From Octopus vulgaris (taxonomy: Eukaryota), in the NCBI GenBank assembly GCA_951406725.2, contig OX597814.1, positions 204,228,001 to 204,292,000 of the forward strand: DNA of 64,000 nucleotides, given 5' to 3'. This document shows positions 51,499-63,884 of this stretch, in pieces. Every line of letters begins with the position of its first letter. Within the stretch, counting starts at the first letter, position 1. The position numbers and the translations under genes are program-made. The notes beneath the pieces are model-generated. The model was given only the letters and a program-made list of their open reading frames with translations. It had not been told where the DNA came from and made no database searches.

Positions 51499-51910
51499 GG
51501 CACAGGAGTGGCTGTGTGGTAAGTAGCTTGTTTACCAACCACATGATTCCGGGTTCAGTCCCACTGCGTGGCACCTTGGGCAAGTGTCTTCTACTATAAC
51601 CTCGGGACGACCAAAGCCTTGTGAGTGGATTTGGTAGACGGAAACTGAAAGAAGCCCGTCATATATATGTATATATATATATATGCGTGTGTGTGTTTGT
51701 GTATCTGTGTTTGTCCCCCTAGCATTGCTTGACAACCGATGCTGGTGTGTTTATGTCCCCGTTACTTAGCGGTTCGGCAAAAGAGACCAATAGAATAAGT
51801 ACTGGGCTTACTAAAGAATAAGTCCCGGGGTCGAGTTGCTCGATTAAAAAGGCAGTGCTCCAGCATGGCCACAGTCAAATGACTGAAACAAGTAAAAGAG
51901 TAAAAGAGTA
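51499..51910 (+). mobile_element. SINE family A, full length
   Basis: A box TGGCTGTGTGG, B box GGTTCAGTCCC, CORE-like segment, (AAAAGAGT) tail. Confidence 0.92.
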
Positions 51911-52517
51911 TATATATAAACAAGATTGCATTATTTTCATTCATTCCAATAGTTTTTTGTTTTGTTTTGTTTTCTCACCTTGTTAAATATTTAAATCTTA
52001 TTTTCATTAAATATTGATAACAAGACTATATGTAGTCTGAGGAATAACAATTTATATTTTGTTTTATAAGGCGAATATGTGTTACATTGAATTGTTTCTT
52101 CTCTATTAAAGTTGTTGATTCAAAGTCAAACAGAATCAAAGTGAAAGTCAACAGCTTCTGACATTTGAGCCCAGAACTGACAAATACCAAACTAGATATT
52201 GTAAAATGTCTAGTCTAGAACTTTGCTGTCTCATCAATAACTAAATCAATGGCTAATAATTTAAGTTAATAGACCACTGACTTTGATTAATGTTTGTAAA
52301 TTCAAACCCTAACTGTTTACTTCAATTTACTTCAGTTACCCTGATCAAAACTAGATTCACTCCCTCCACTGCCCACCTTTCTTTATTTCTGACTGAACTT
52401 CTACAGAAGAAAATTCAAATCTAGGGGAACTAAGTGTTATATTATTTATAAAAGCATTATTTACATACTGGTGGGACTCATGACTATTTCACAGAATTAA
52501 TGGTAAACTTATTGGGT

Positions 52518-52914
52518 TCATCATCATCATCATCATCATCATCATTTAGCGTCCGCTTTCCATGCTAGCATGGGTTGGACGGTTCAACTGGGGTCTGTGA
52601 AGCCAGAAGGCTGCATCAGGCCCAGTCTGATCTGGCAGTGTTTCTACAGCTGGATGCCCTTCCTAACGCCAACCACTCCGTGAGTGTAGTGGGTGCTTTT
52701 TACGTGCCACCTGCACAGGTGCCAGACGGAGCTGGCAAACGGCCATGGACGGATGGTGCTTTTTACGTGCCACCGGCATGGGGCCAGGCGATGCTGGCAA
52801 CGGCCACGAACGGATGGTGCTTTTTACGTGCCACCGGCACGAGGCCAGTCAGGGCGGCACTGGCAACGGCCACGAACGGATGGTGTCTTTTTACGTGCCA
52901 CTGGCACGGGGGCC
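52518..52914 (-). mobile_element. RTE 3' UTR copy with four tandem units
   Basis: ggtgctttttacgtgccac recurs four times at ~52692-52900; tail homologous to 8550-8721. Confidence 0.92.
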
Positions 52915-53358
52915 TGAAAACTTTATCCAAAAAACCTGAAAGTGTAATCTGTGTTGTGTCTGCATTGAAAAATAGTCGTTCATCTGCTACTCATTGAGAA
53001 GTGAAAGAAACTGAAATACGATGATTACTTAATGCACTTTATATATATACTTTATGTACAATTTTATAAACTTAATACACAGCACTCATAAAATAAATAT
53101 TCACTCTTATTTTTCCATTTTCTCCATAAACAAGAAAAAAATCACCATACATATGATACAACGTCTAGTTAAATTGCATATATCTACCATGTAAATAAGA
53201 GTGAATATTTCATGGAATTGCACTTACATGCATGCATTAAGTGATAGGTGATATAAAAAACTTAGTTCAATTTTTTAAAAATATATACTTTTCACTCTCC
53301 ACTCACCACTGCCACCTCCACCACAACCGCCATCTCTTCCATCACCACTACCACCACG

Positions 53359-53427
<69 letters not shown>

Positions 53428-53909
53428 CTTTAACCTCACCATCAGAACATCACCCCTCTACTAAATTTATATTTCTAACTCTCTTTTCTATATCACTGCT
53501 TTCAACTAACTTTTTTAACCCCGTAATAAATATTACATTCCCCCTACCTCATGTCATTGACATTCTCTCTCCCACTTTTTCTCTCTCTTTTCTGTCTTAC
53601 TCTTTGCCTTATCTACTTTTTCTCTCTCCTTTTTCTTTTCCCCTCTTATTCTATTTTTCTCTTCAACTAATCATGTAATGAAATTATAATTTCGTTCCCA
53701 CTGCCTCATGTCATGGATGCTTCTTTCCCCTTCTTTTTTTCTTTCCCTCTTTTCTGTCTCCCTCTTTTTCTCTCACTCTTCACCTCTCCCTTCAACTATT
53801 CATGTGAAAGCATTATGGATAGGCTAAGTAATGGAGTAACAAGCATAATTCTTATAAGATGTATACCCGCCTTCAGTAGAGTGCCCTGCTGTGGGAAGAT
53901 AGGAGTAGA

Positions 53910-55208
53910 TGAAGCTAAGGGTGAGAGTTAACCAAATTACAGTGAAGAATTTGGAGTACAGGTAGGCATTCATCAAGGCTCAGTCCTCAGTGCCCTCCTT
54001 TTCACCATTATCCTCCAGGCCATAACAGGGGAATTCAAGACTGGCAGCTCCTGGGAATCTTGCCCTCATAACAGATTCTATATCAGAGGTAGAAAAGAAA
54101 TTCCAGGTTTGGAAGCAAACCTTGAATTCAAAGGAGGGCCTTAAGGTTAACTAAACAAAGACTAAGGTCTTAGTAAGCAAGAAAACCCAACTTCCTTCAG
54201 GCAATTGGCCCTGCTTGATTTGTAGGAAAGGTGTAGGAAGGAACTCCATGTGGTACACTGTACCCAGTGTAAGCTATGGACACACAAGAGGTGCAATGGA
54301 ATAATAGAAAGGTTAACAGAGTAGTGTTCATATGTGAAAGATGCACAGGATCCATAAAAACTATAGATACTCAGGAAATTGATTTTCTCAAATGCCTTGA
54401 AGGCTCTTTAAAGGTAGCAGATAATTTCTGCTACCTAGAGGAGCAAATTAGTAGAGGCAGAGGGGGTATGAAAAGAGGATGTATGGCAATCAAAGGTCTC
54501 TCCTTCCAAGTGAAGGGAAGATTGTATGATGCATGTGTATGAATAGCAATTTTGCATGCTAGTGAGACATAAGTTCTGAATGCAAAGGATATGCAAAGGC
54601 TAGAGAGGAATGAGGCTGGATGTGTAATGTAGGTGTACATGTGCAACAAAGTGCTTGTGTGCAGAGAGAAAAGTTAATCATAAAAGGAATGAGATGCAGA
54701 GTGCAAGAAAGAACACTGTGCTGGTTTTGGTCATATGATGCATATGGATGTAGATAGTTGCATATAGAAGTGCCAATCACTCAAAGTAGATAGAACTCAT
54801 GAAAGACATGGGATGAGGTACTGAAGGACAACCTCAGGATACTGAACCTTACACAGGAGATGACAGAAGACCAAGATATCTGGCACCTTGCTGTACTCAA
54901 GAAGACCCATCCTCCATAGAAGTGTTAATGTTGCTCCCCCTGATGAAGAGGATTGACCTGCAAGAGACCTACACCAATGCCACATGAACAGTGCTCATGC
55001 CAGCACCACATGAAAGCGCTCATGCCTGTACCACATATAAGTACCCAGTACACTGTAAAGTGGTTGGCATTAGGAAGGGCATCCAGCCATAGAAACCAAG
55101 CCAAATCAGCCTGGAATCTGGTGCAGCTCTCCTCCTTGCCAGCCATGGTCAAAGCATCCAACTCATGCCAGCATGAAAAACAGACATTAAAGGATGATGA
55201 TGATGATA
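53910..55208 (+). mobile_element. RTE LINE, older diverged copy
   Basis: VGIHQGSVLSALLF, PHD remnant, VKGRLYDACV, UTR and (GAT)n tail. Confidence 0.88.
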
Positions 55209-55543
55209 CTTATCCAATAATGAGAAAAATCATCATCATCATTTAATATCCATCTTCATCACTGATATAGATTGGATGGTTTAACAGGATCCTACAAGCT
55301 GGAGGACCACATTGAGTACCGATGTTGGCTTTAGATTTCCTTCCTAACACCATCAACTTTACAGAGTATGCTACGTGATTTTTCCACGGTATTGAGACTA
55401 ATGAGGTCGATTGTTTTGCCTAACAGAATATTTGGTTTAGTTCTACCAACTGGGTTTTGGGTGCCTTTTGCAGAGTTCACTCTGTTGGAAACATTCAGAC
55501 CAAACTTCTGGTTTTTTCCTCACAATGCAGCATAAATCCCTAC

Positions 55544-55618
55544 CTGCATTGTGATCAGGTTGCGAATAAGCTGCATCAATCTCACCAAGCTCAGATGGCT
55601 TATACTGCCCCAGTTCTC
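55544..55618 (-). CDS. Candidate 75-nt exon, product unknown
   Basis: T-rich acceptor region then AG; donor CAG|GTAGGG; two frames open. Confidence 0.22.
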
Positions 55619-56108
55619 CTAACTTGTTAAAAAAAAAAAGGAACAAAATATATTTATAGAACCAAGTTATTTTGACTTTTATACACTAAAGAAATAGGAG
55701 CTAAAGAAAATGTCAGACATAGCTACACATACATGCACATATTTTGCTAAGATTATTTTAGAAAAAAGATTAAAAAATAAGAATTTGGAGAAAAGAAAGA
55801 CCACAGGGAAGAAACCACATATTGATGCGATTATGAAGTTACATGAATATCAGGGTATGTGTGTGTGTGTGTGTGTGTGTGTGAAGGGGATGAGGAGGAG
55901 GAAAAGGAAGAAAAGGTGTAAGAAGGAATACTAAAGATTTTGCCCAGGTAAAATGTAAATATAAGTAATTAATTATCCACAGTAGGAGACTATTTTCAGT
56001 AGAGGTAAAGTGAATTACTTCTTGTTGAGATACATGAAGCTATAGAGGAAGATATCACTCTGCAAATAAAGACAGGAAATTAAGAATTAAATACCTAATG
56101 TTGTGAAA

Positions 56109-56111
<3 letters not shown>

Positions 56112-56197
<86 letters not shown>

Positions 56198-56290
56198 GTG
56201 TGTGCGTGTGTGCGTGCATGCACGCATGTGTGAGTGTGTGTGCTTGTGTGTGTGCTTGTGTGCGTGCATAAATGCATGTGTGTGTGTGTA
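56112..56290. repeat. (TG)n microsatellite
   Basis: Direct reading. Confidence 0.95.
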
Positions 56291-56622
56291 GTTGAGTATT
56301 TGCATGCACACACATATAAAGGTGCTTCGTGATGTTATATGTATATTTATATGTGTGTATGTATGTATACATATGTATGCATGTATGTATGCACATATAA
56401 ATATATATATACATACATACACACACACACACTCACGCACACACATACACACTATTTTCATGTGGTAAATTAAGAGAGGTGTTAAAGCATCAACTAGAAA
56501 GTCTTGTAGTATTTGTTCCTGTACTATGTTCAAATCCAACCAAAGCCGTTATTTCCTTTCATCCTTTCAAGGTTGATAAACTGAAAATACCACCCAAGTA
56601 CTGAAGTTGATCTTATTTTTCT

Positions 56623-56669
<47 letters not shown>

Positions 56670-56974
56670 GAATCTGTTATATTGTACTATGAAAGGGTAG
56701 TGATAGATCACAGTATGTAAGGAAAAGAGAGAGGACCCTCCACTGTTATAATTTTTTAAAATTCAAGAGAGCTTAGAAGAGCCACCCACACTCCAGCCTT
56801 TGGCAGCTGTAGACAAGGAGGATTATTTGTTCTTTACTGCTCTAATAATGTTTAATCTTTTATCTTTTATCTTTCTGTCTTTTACTTGTTTCATTCAGTA
56901 GACTGCGGTCATGCTAGAGCACTGCCTTGATGCATGAATCAATCCCATTATTTTATTTTTTTTGTAAGCCTGGT

Positions 56975-57152
56975 ACTTATTCTATCCATCTCTTTTGCGG
57001 AATCACTAAGTTATGAAGACAAACACACCGACACCAGTATATTTGTGTGTGTCTTTATGTTTGTGTTTGTCCTCCACCACCACTTGACAACTGGTGTCGG
57101 TGTGTTTGTTTTCATAACTTATTGATTCCGCAAAAGAGATGGATAGAATAAG
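56975..57152. repeat. Inverted repeat (~62-bp arms) made of SINE family A body
   Basis: acttattctatccatctcttttgcggaatca...cacaccgacaccag vs ctggtgtcggtgtg...tgattccgcaaaagagatggatagaataagt. Confidence 0.92.
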
Positions 57153-57325
57153 TTTATAAAGCTTATAAAGCTTTATAAGTTTATAAAGCTTGAAACACAT
57201 GTACCGCAACATCCTTTGTGTTCTGTTTTTGATTTTATTTTATATATACCCTCTCACCTCTACCACTAGCTGGTGTATATAGGTGCTTACACTTATCAAG
57301 TATTCACCCTAAATTTTCAGTAGTA

Positions 57326-57364
<39 letters not shown>

Positions 57365-57366
<2 letters not shown>

Positions 57367-57525
57367 GATGGGCTCCATTCAGTTTCCGTCCACCAAATCC
57401 ACTCACATGGCTTCAGCTGGCCTGAGGCTATAGCAGAAGGCACTTACCCAAAGCACTATGCAGTAGGACTGAACACAGAACCATGTGGTTGGGAAGCAAA
57501 CCTCTTACCATACAGCCATACTTCT
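57365..57525 (-). mobile_element. SINE family A, 5' half
   Basis: cagtttccgtccaccaaatccactcac...ttaccatacagcca. Confidence 0.82.
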
Positions 57526-57574
57526 GCCTGTCTGATGATACAAAAACCCAATAATAACAATGCTAATAGTAAAA

Positions 57575-57785
57575 TTTGTTTCAAATTTGGCACAAGGTCA
57601 GTAGTTTTGAAGACAGTGGGTAAGTCGATTACATTGATCCAGTACTGGACTGATACTTTATTTTATCAACCCCAGAGGGATGAAAAGCAAAGTTGACCTC
57701 AACATGATTTGAACTCAAAATGAAAAGAGTGAGAACAAATAATGTAAAACATTTTTTCCAATGCTCCAACAATTCTGCCAGCTTA
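57575..57785 (-). mobile_element. SINE family B
   Basis: gtttcaaatttggcacaagg...gatgaaaagcaaagttgacctc...attctgccagct. Confidence 0.8.
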
Positions 57786-58524
57786 TCAAATTTTCAGAAA
57801 TAATGTATATTTTTAATGCAAATAAAAATGATGTCGTAATTTATATTGTTGATGTTGTTCTAGTGTGTATTTATTCAATTATTTCCTCCACCATCCATCC
57901 TTAGTATGTTTCTACTTCAAATCCAACTGGGAGGAAATTAAACAAATATTGACAAGACCCACCAGAGATATTACTAATTCACTTTGTGAGTAATTCACTA
58001 AATTAAGAACACAGGTTATAGTATGTAATGGTTCTCCCAGCATGCAGCCATTTATGAGCATGGCTACATGCTGGGGTAGCTACATATCTCCTCTACAGCA
58101 AGACACCTGTCCCTGTCACTTTATTATATGTTAGCCTCTAAACACCTAACACAAAGCCACCTCCTTCAATACTAACAACTCCTACACTCAGCTGAGGGGT
58201 CTGGTCTTAACTACTACTGTTGTCTGCAAAAAATACCCAGTTCACTCTGTAAAGTGGTGCAGGGCACCCAGCCATAGATACCGTGCCAAAGCAGACATTG
58301 GAGTTCAAAGAAGTTCTCTGGTTCATCAGACCCTCTTGAGCCATATAACCCATATCAGCATGGAAGACAGATGTTGAAGGATTATGACAATGATGATGAT
58401 GAGGATGATGATCTTTAAAGTGCCATTTGGATCTGATTGCACTCACACCAACCTACACCATCACCACTATTCAACAATATCTTGCTCCTTCCCACATCAT
58501 CCCTTAAGCATGTATATATAAATA

Positions 58525-58890
58525 AAAGCGCCCATGTGGTGCCAGATAAAAACACCTAGTGTACTCTGTAGAGTGGTTGGTGTTAGGACAGGCATCCAGC
58601 CATAGAAACCATGCCAAATCAGACAAGAGTCTAGTGCAGCTCCCCAGCTTGCCGGCGCTGACCAAACTATCCAACCCATTCCAGCATGGACAATGGACTT
58701 TAATGATGATGATGATGATATATATGTTTGTATATATGTACAAGTGGTTGGCATTAGGAAGGGCATCCAGCCATAGAAACTCTGCCAGATCAGACTGGAG
58801 CCTGGAGCAGCCCCTGGCTTCCCAGACCCCGGTCGAACCGTCCAACCCATGCTAGCGTGGAAAACGGACGTTAAACGATGATGATGATGA
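58525..58890 (+). mobile_element. Two tandem RTE-tail fragments
   Basis: gtggttgg..ttagga..ggcatccagccatagaaac...(GAT)n at ~58525-58718 and ~58743-58890. Confidence 0.88.
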
Positions 58891-58904
58891 TATATATATG
58901 CTGA

Positions 58905-59150
58905 GACCCTCCCCCCTTTGGTCATGACTGACCATGGGATTGCACCTAGAAAGTCTGGGCAAGGTTGTTTATGGAAGACCAGCAGTCACCACCAGTGTTA
59001 TCCAAGGGAAAGGCAAAGGCCGATACAGCTTGGTACCTGTGAAATAAAGTGTCTTGCTCAAGAACACAACATGCAGCCCAGTCCGGGATTCGAACTCACA
59101 ACTTCGCGATCATAAGCTCAACACTCTAACCACTGAGCCATGCGCCTTCA
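58905..59150 (-). mobile_element. SINE with family C head and a third body/tail
   Basis: Head ...ctaaccactgagccatgcgccttca; body gggcaaggttgtttatg...gggaaaggcaaaggcc also present at ~47425-47545 (+). Confidence 0.75.
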
Positions 59151-59226
59151 CATATATTAAATATATATATACACGCACACTTCCTTATTATTAAATCAAC
59201 AAAAACATTGCAAAAATATCACAATA

Positions 59227-59268
59227 AACTGCTACTCAGAGTTTCACGTTCCTGTTTGTCAGACAGTT
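59227..59268 (-). ncRNA. Minimal type I hammerhead ribozyme-like motif (left arm)
   Basis: aactgt CTGACAA acaggaacgt GAAA ctc-t-gag TA gcagtt; one core mismatch (G8A). Confidence 0.7.
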
Positions 59269-59286
59269 TAGATTGAGACTCAGTCT

Positions 59287-59328
59287 AACTGTCTAATGAA
59301 CAGAAACATGATACTCTGAGTAGCAGTT
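59287..59328 (+). ncRNA. Minimal type I hammerhead ribozyme-like motif (right arm)
   Basis: aactgt CTAATGA acagaaacat GATA ctc-t-gag TA gcagtt; two core mismatches. Confidence 0.6.
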
Positions 59329-59998
59329 TATTGTGATATTTTTGTGATATTTTTGCAGCTTTAATTATCATAAAGCTTATTACTCTACCTCCAGTATTTG
59401 AGTACTATAATAATGTGTGTGTGTGTGTGCATTAATAGTCACAAACAATAAAACATACATATGTACATATATTGATATATACTCATCTGCTTATACATGC
59501 TCACACTCATCTACCTACGCACACTCAGATCCTCACACATACACATACATGCATATACACCTGCTCATATACGTACATACATGCATTCATAACATTCATA
59601 GCATATGCATTAGCATGCATTATCCTTCCCTTGGAAATATGAAAATATAATAAAATGCCATACCTCTTTAAACATACAAATATACCATACATATTTATGT
59701 ACATAACATATCACATACATTTTGATGTATATACAGCTTTATAGTTACACCATATGCCAAGTGGAACACAGCCCCCCCCACACACACACACACACACGTG
59801 CATACACATATATACATAGAGGCACACATACATACACTATGCCTGCTCACAGCATACACACATATGCATACACTCACAAAGATATACACACACACACACA
59901 CATACATACACACATACTGCACCTGCTCACAACACACACACACATATATTATTATTATTATTATATGATATTATATGATGTACCCCTGCTATTCTTAC

Positions 59999-60083
59999 AT
60001 GTCATATTCATGGATGCAGGAAGTACGGTAGAGGTAGACTGATCCATAAAGCATGGAAGACATTTCTGACATATTTCAGAAAC
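59999..60083 (-). CDS. Candidate 85-nt exon, product unknown
   Basis: ...ctatcAG|GTTTCT...ACAT|GTAAGA; open frame VSEICQKCLPCFMDQSTSTVLPASMNMT. Confidence 0.2.
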
Positions 60084-60559
60084 CTGATAGCAGCAGCAGC
60101 AACAACAAAACAACAACAACAACAGCAGCAGCAAAGAAATATTCTCTGGAATGATGTAACTTTAAACAGATGAAAAAATAAATTTTTTAAAAACCCACTT
60201 CAGAGATGAAAAAATATGTCCAGTTATTGTTGGAACCCCAACATTTTCTTCATTTTGTTGTAAATTTATTTCTGTAACAGTTTCTATTTTCATCCTATTG
60301 TTGTTGTAGTTGTTTAGCCCAAGGTCCATCTTGAGATCATATAGACCTATGATCAAAAGTATTCCAGCCTTGACCATTCTATCTTTTCTTCTCATATACA
60401 AATCATCTCACAATATATTATTCAATGTATCCTTCCTTTTCCAATTCGGTATTTTTGTCTTTGGCTTTGTTGTAAATGAAGGTACTATGATTTGAGAAAG
60501 ATTTGGTTACCATTTCTTGCACATGGAGCAACCATGTAAAAGCACTTTCATTAACTTAT

Positions 60560-60860
60560 ATTCTTCCTCCTCTCCCTCTTCTTTTTTCATCCTCTTTACT
60601 CTCTTTTTCTGTTTCCTTTGCTTCTTTTTTCTTCTTTTTATATTTCTGGTTCTTCCACTTCTTCCTCTCCCTCTTCCTCTTCCCTTCCTCCTTCTCAACC
60701 TTCTCCATCTTTTTTTCTTCTTTTTCCATTGCTTTCTTTTCTTCCTCTTCTTTTTCTTCTTCTCTTCCTCCTCCTCCTCCACCTTCGTCTTCCTCGTCTT
60801 TTTCTTCTTTTTCCATTGTTTTCTGTTCTTTTTCTTTTCCTCTTTCTGATGCTTATTTTT
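60560..60860. repeat. CT-rich low complexity
   Basis: CTT/CCT tract. Confidence 0.9.
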
Positions 60861-60877
60861 CTCCTTTGATATAGCTT

Positions 60878-61088
60878 TTCTATTATAGGCACAAGGCCTG
60901 AAGTTTTGGTGGAAGGGACCAATCGATTACATCAACCCCAGAATTTCACTGGTACTTAATTTATCGACGCCGAAAGGATGAAAGTCAAAGTCGACCTCAG
61001 TGGAAATTTGAACTCAGAATGTAGCAACAGACGAAATACCACTAAGCATTTCGTCCAGCATGCTAATGACTCTGCCAGCTTGCCACCT
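60878..61088 (-). mobile_element. SINE family B (alternative tail)
   Basis: ctggtacttaatttatcgacgccgaaaggatgaaagtcaaagtcgacctc...ctgccagcttgcc. Confidence 0.88.
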
Positions 61089-61147
61089 TTTTCGTTCTTT
61101 GATATATAATATATAAACACATACATATGTATGTATGTATGTATGTA

Positions 61148-61198
<51 letters not shown>

Positions 61199-61416
61199 AT
61201 CAATGTATGTATACATATATATGTCTGTCTTTGTGTATATATGTATGCAAACAAATGCATGTAAATATTTATCTCCCATACTTGCCACCTTGACTGAAGA
61301 GATGAAGAGGCTGAATATATTTGTATATAGATATGTATGTATAGTTATATCATCATCAGATGATGATGAAGATGAGGCAACATGTGTGTGAGTTTGCGTG
61401 TGTGTGTGTGTGTGTA

Positions 61417-63818
61417 TCACCATCATCGTCATCATCATCATCATTTAACATCTGCTCTCCATTCTGGCATAAGTTAGATGGCTTGACTGGAGCTGACGAG
61501 CCAGAGAGCTGCACCAGACTCCAGTCTGATTTGGCATGGTTTCTACAGCTGAATGCCCTTCCTAATGCCAATCACTCCAAAAGTGCAATGGGTGCTTTTA
61601 CATGACTCTGGCAATGTTTCACAACTATGATTCACAGGTGGGTGCCATTTAAATAGCACCAGCACCAATCCCAACGATTCATGGGTGCCAATTGCATGGC
61701 ACTAGCAATGCCTACAACCAACAACCATGATTCCTGAGGTGTCACTTACATGGCACTAGTATTGACCACAATGATTCACGGGTACCATTTACATGATACC
61801 CTCAACAACCATGACTATGATGCATGGGTGTCATTTACATGGAGCTGGCAGTGAACAACCACAACTACAATTCATAGGTGCCATTTACGTGACACCAGTA
61901 ACAACCATAACACACAGGTGCCATGTGCCACTTACATGGTACCATCAATGATCACAACTACAATGCACAGGTGTCACATGCATAGCACCAGTAATGAGTG
62001 GCCATGACTACAATTCACAGGTGCCATTTACATGGCACCGGCAATGAGCATGATGCATGGGTGCCATTTACATGACACTGGCATGGTTACAACTATGATA
62101 TCATTTGGCCTGATGATTCTTCTCCCACACAGCATATCACCAGAGTTCTCAGTCATTTGTCATCACCTCCATAAGGCCCAAAGTTTGAAGATCATGCTGC
62201 ACCACCTCATTCCATGTCTTCCTAGGTCTAACTCTACCACAGGTTCCGTCCACAGTTAGAGATTGGCACTTCTTTACACAGCTGTCTTCATCCATATGCG
62301 TCACATGACCATACCAATGCAGTTGTATCTCCACCACATCTGATGCCTTGGATACCCAACTTTCCTCTCAAGATGCTTACATTCTGTCATATATGCAGAC
62401 TGACATTGCACATCCAGCAAAGCATACTAGCTTCATTTCTTTCAACCCAACACATATCCTTGGGAATCACAGCCCATGTTTCACTGCTATGTAGCATAGC
62501 TGTTCACACATAGGCATCACACAGTCTGCCTTTCACTCTGAGGAGAGCCCTTTGTTGCCAACAGAGGTAGGAGCATTCTGAACTTTACCCATCCTATTCT
62601 TATTCTTGCAGCTACACTCTCAGAGCAACCACCTCCACTACTAACTTGGTCACCTAGATAGCAGAAGCTATCAACTATCTCTAGCTTACCTGCCTGGCAT
62701 TTGATGTAGTCTATTTTCTGTACGTTTGTGGTGTTTATCGTACCTGTGCACCTTCCATACATAAGAATTATTTTCTTTGTTAACCTTCCTCTGATATTGC
62801 TGCACCTTAAGTGTCCATAGCTTACACTGGGTACATTTTATGGAGTTTCTACCTATGCCTTTTCTACAGATCGTACAGGGCCATCTACCTGAGAGGATTT
62901 GTAATTTGTCTGCTTTCCTACTTGCTCAGACTTTGGTTTTTGCTAGATCAACTTTAAAGCCCTTTGCTTCTCAGCCCTCCTTCCATACCTGAAATTCCTT
63001 CTCTAGTTCTGGAAGTGATATGATAACAAGGTCATCAGCATAGAGAAACTCCCAGGGGAAGCCTATCTTAAATTCCTTTGTTATTGCCTGGAGGACTATG
63101 ATGAACAGGAGGGGTCTGAGGACTGGTCCTTGGTGAACTCCTACTTGTACCCTGAATTTATTGCTATACTTGTTACCAACCTTCACCTTACTGATGCATC
63201 CCTGTACATGGCTTGTACCACTCTCACCAGCCACTTGTCTATCCCTAGTTTTCACATTGTCCACCAGATAAGGGATGAAGGGACCCAGTCAAAGGCTTTT
63301 TTCATGTCAATAAAAGCCAAGTACAAGAGTTTATCTTAGGCCAGGTACTTCTGCAGCTGCCTTACCAGGAATGTAGCATCAGTGGTGCTTCTCACTGGCA
63401 CAAAACTGAACTGCATCTCATCTAGACCAACTCTCATCCTAACTAGTTGGGCTATGACCCTCTCTATTACTTTCATCACCTGATCTAACAGTTTGATACC
63501 TCTGTAATTATTTCTGTCCAAGGCATCACCTTCACCTTTGTAGCAGTTGGTAATGATGTTGCTATACTAGACATTCGGTATGACTCTCCTTCTCCCATGT
63601 ATTCTCTACATTTAGTAAACTTTCCACATTGACACTTCCAAGCCTCTTTCTTTGCAGAGTCACTAAGTGCAAGTGAACCATCATCCATGCAAACACTTTT
63701 CTGTCCAACATAACAATTTTCCTTGGCACACTATCTGGCAAGCCAAAACACTTCCAGCCTCTGGTCCTCACACTGTATGACATTGGCAAACTTCTCCATT
63801 TCTGCTTCACTCCTAACT

Positions 63819-63820
<2 letters not shown>
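61417..63820 (-). mobile_element. RTE LINE, 5'-truncated, decayed copy
   Basis: YRGIKLLDQVMKV, GVHQGPVLRPLLF, LYADD, YLGDQV, WYGHV; UTR and (GAT)n tail. Confidence 0.95.
61589..62095. repeat. Minisatellite of ~11 hairpin units (~40-55 bp) in RTE 3' UTR
   Basis: Recurring core GGTGCCAT-TTAC-ATGGCACC with related, length-variable linkers. Confidence 0.88.

Positions 63821-63884
<64 letters not shown>

Noticed and set aside
52692-52914. CRISPR-like repeat-spacer pattern
   Set aside because: Diverged tandem units of the same RTE 3' UTR
52915-53010. Minus-strand exon-like segment (SFTSQ*VADERLFFNADTTQITLSGFLDKVF) with an in-frame TGA that editing or Sec recoding might rescue
   Set aside because: No donor site, no recognised homology, no SECIS seen; recoding would be pure speculation
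55544-60083. Multi-exon minus-strand gene joining 59999-60083 to 55544-55618
   Set aside because: Direct splicing creates a stop (T+GA); no coherent model
61589-62095. CRISPR array
   Set aside because: Linkers are homologous to each other, cores are degenerate, no cas genes, and the array lies inside a eukaryotic LINE UTR
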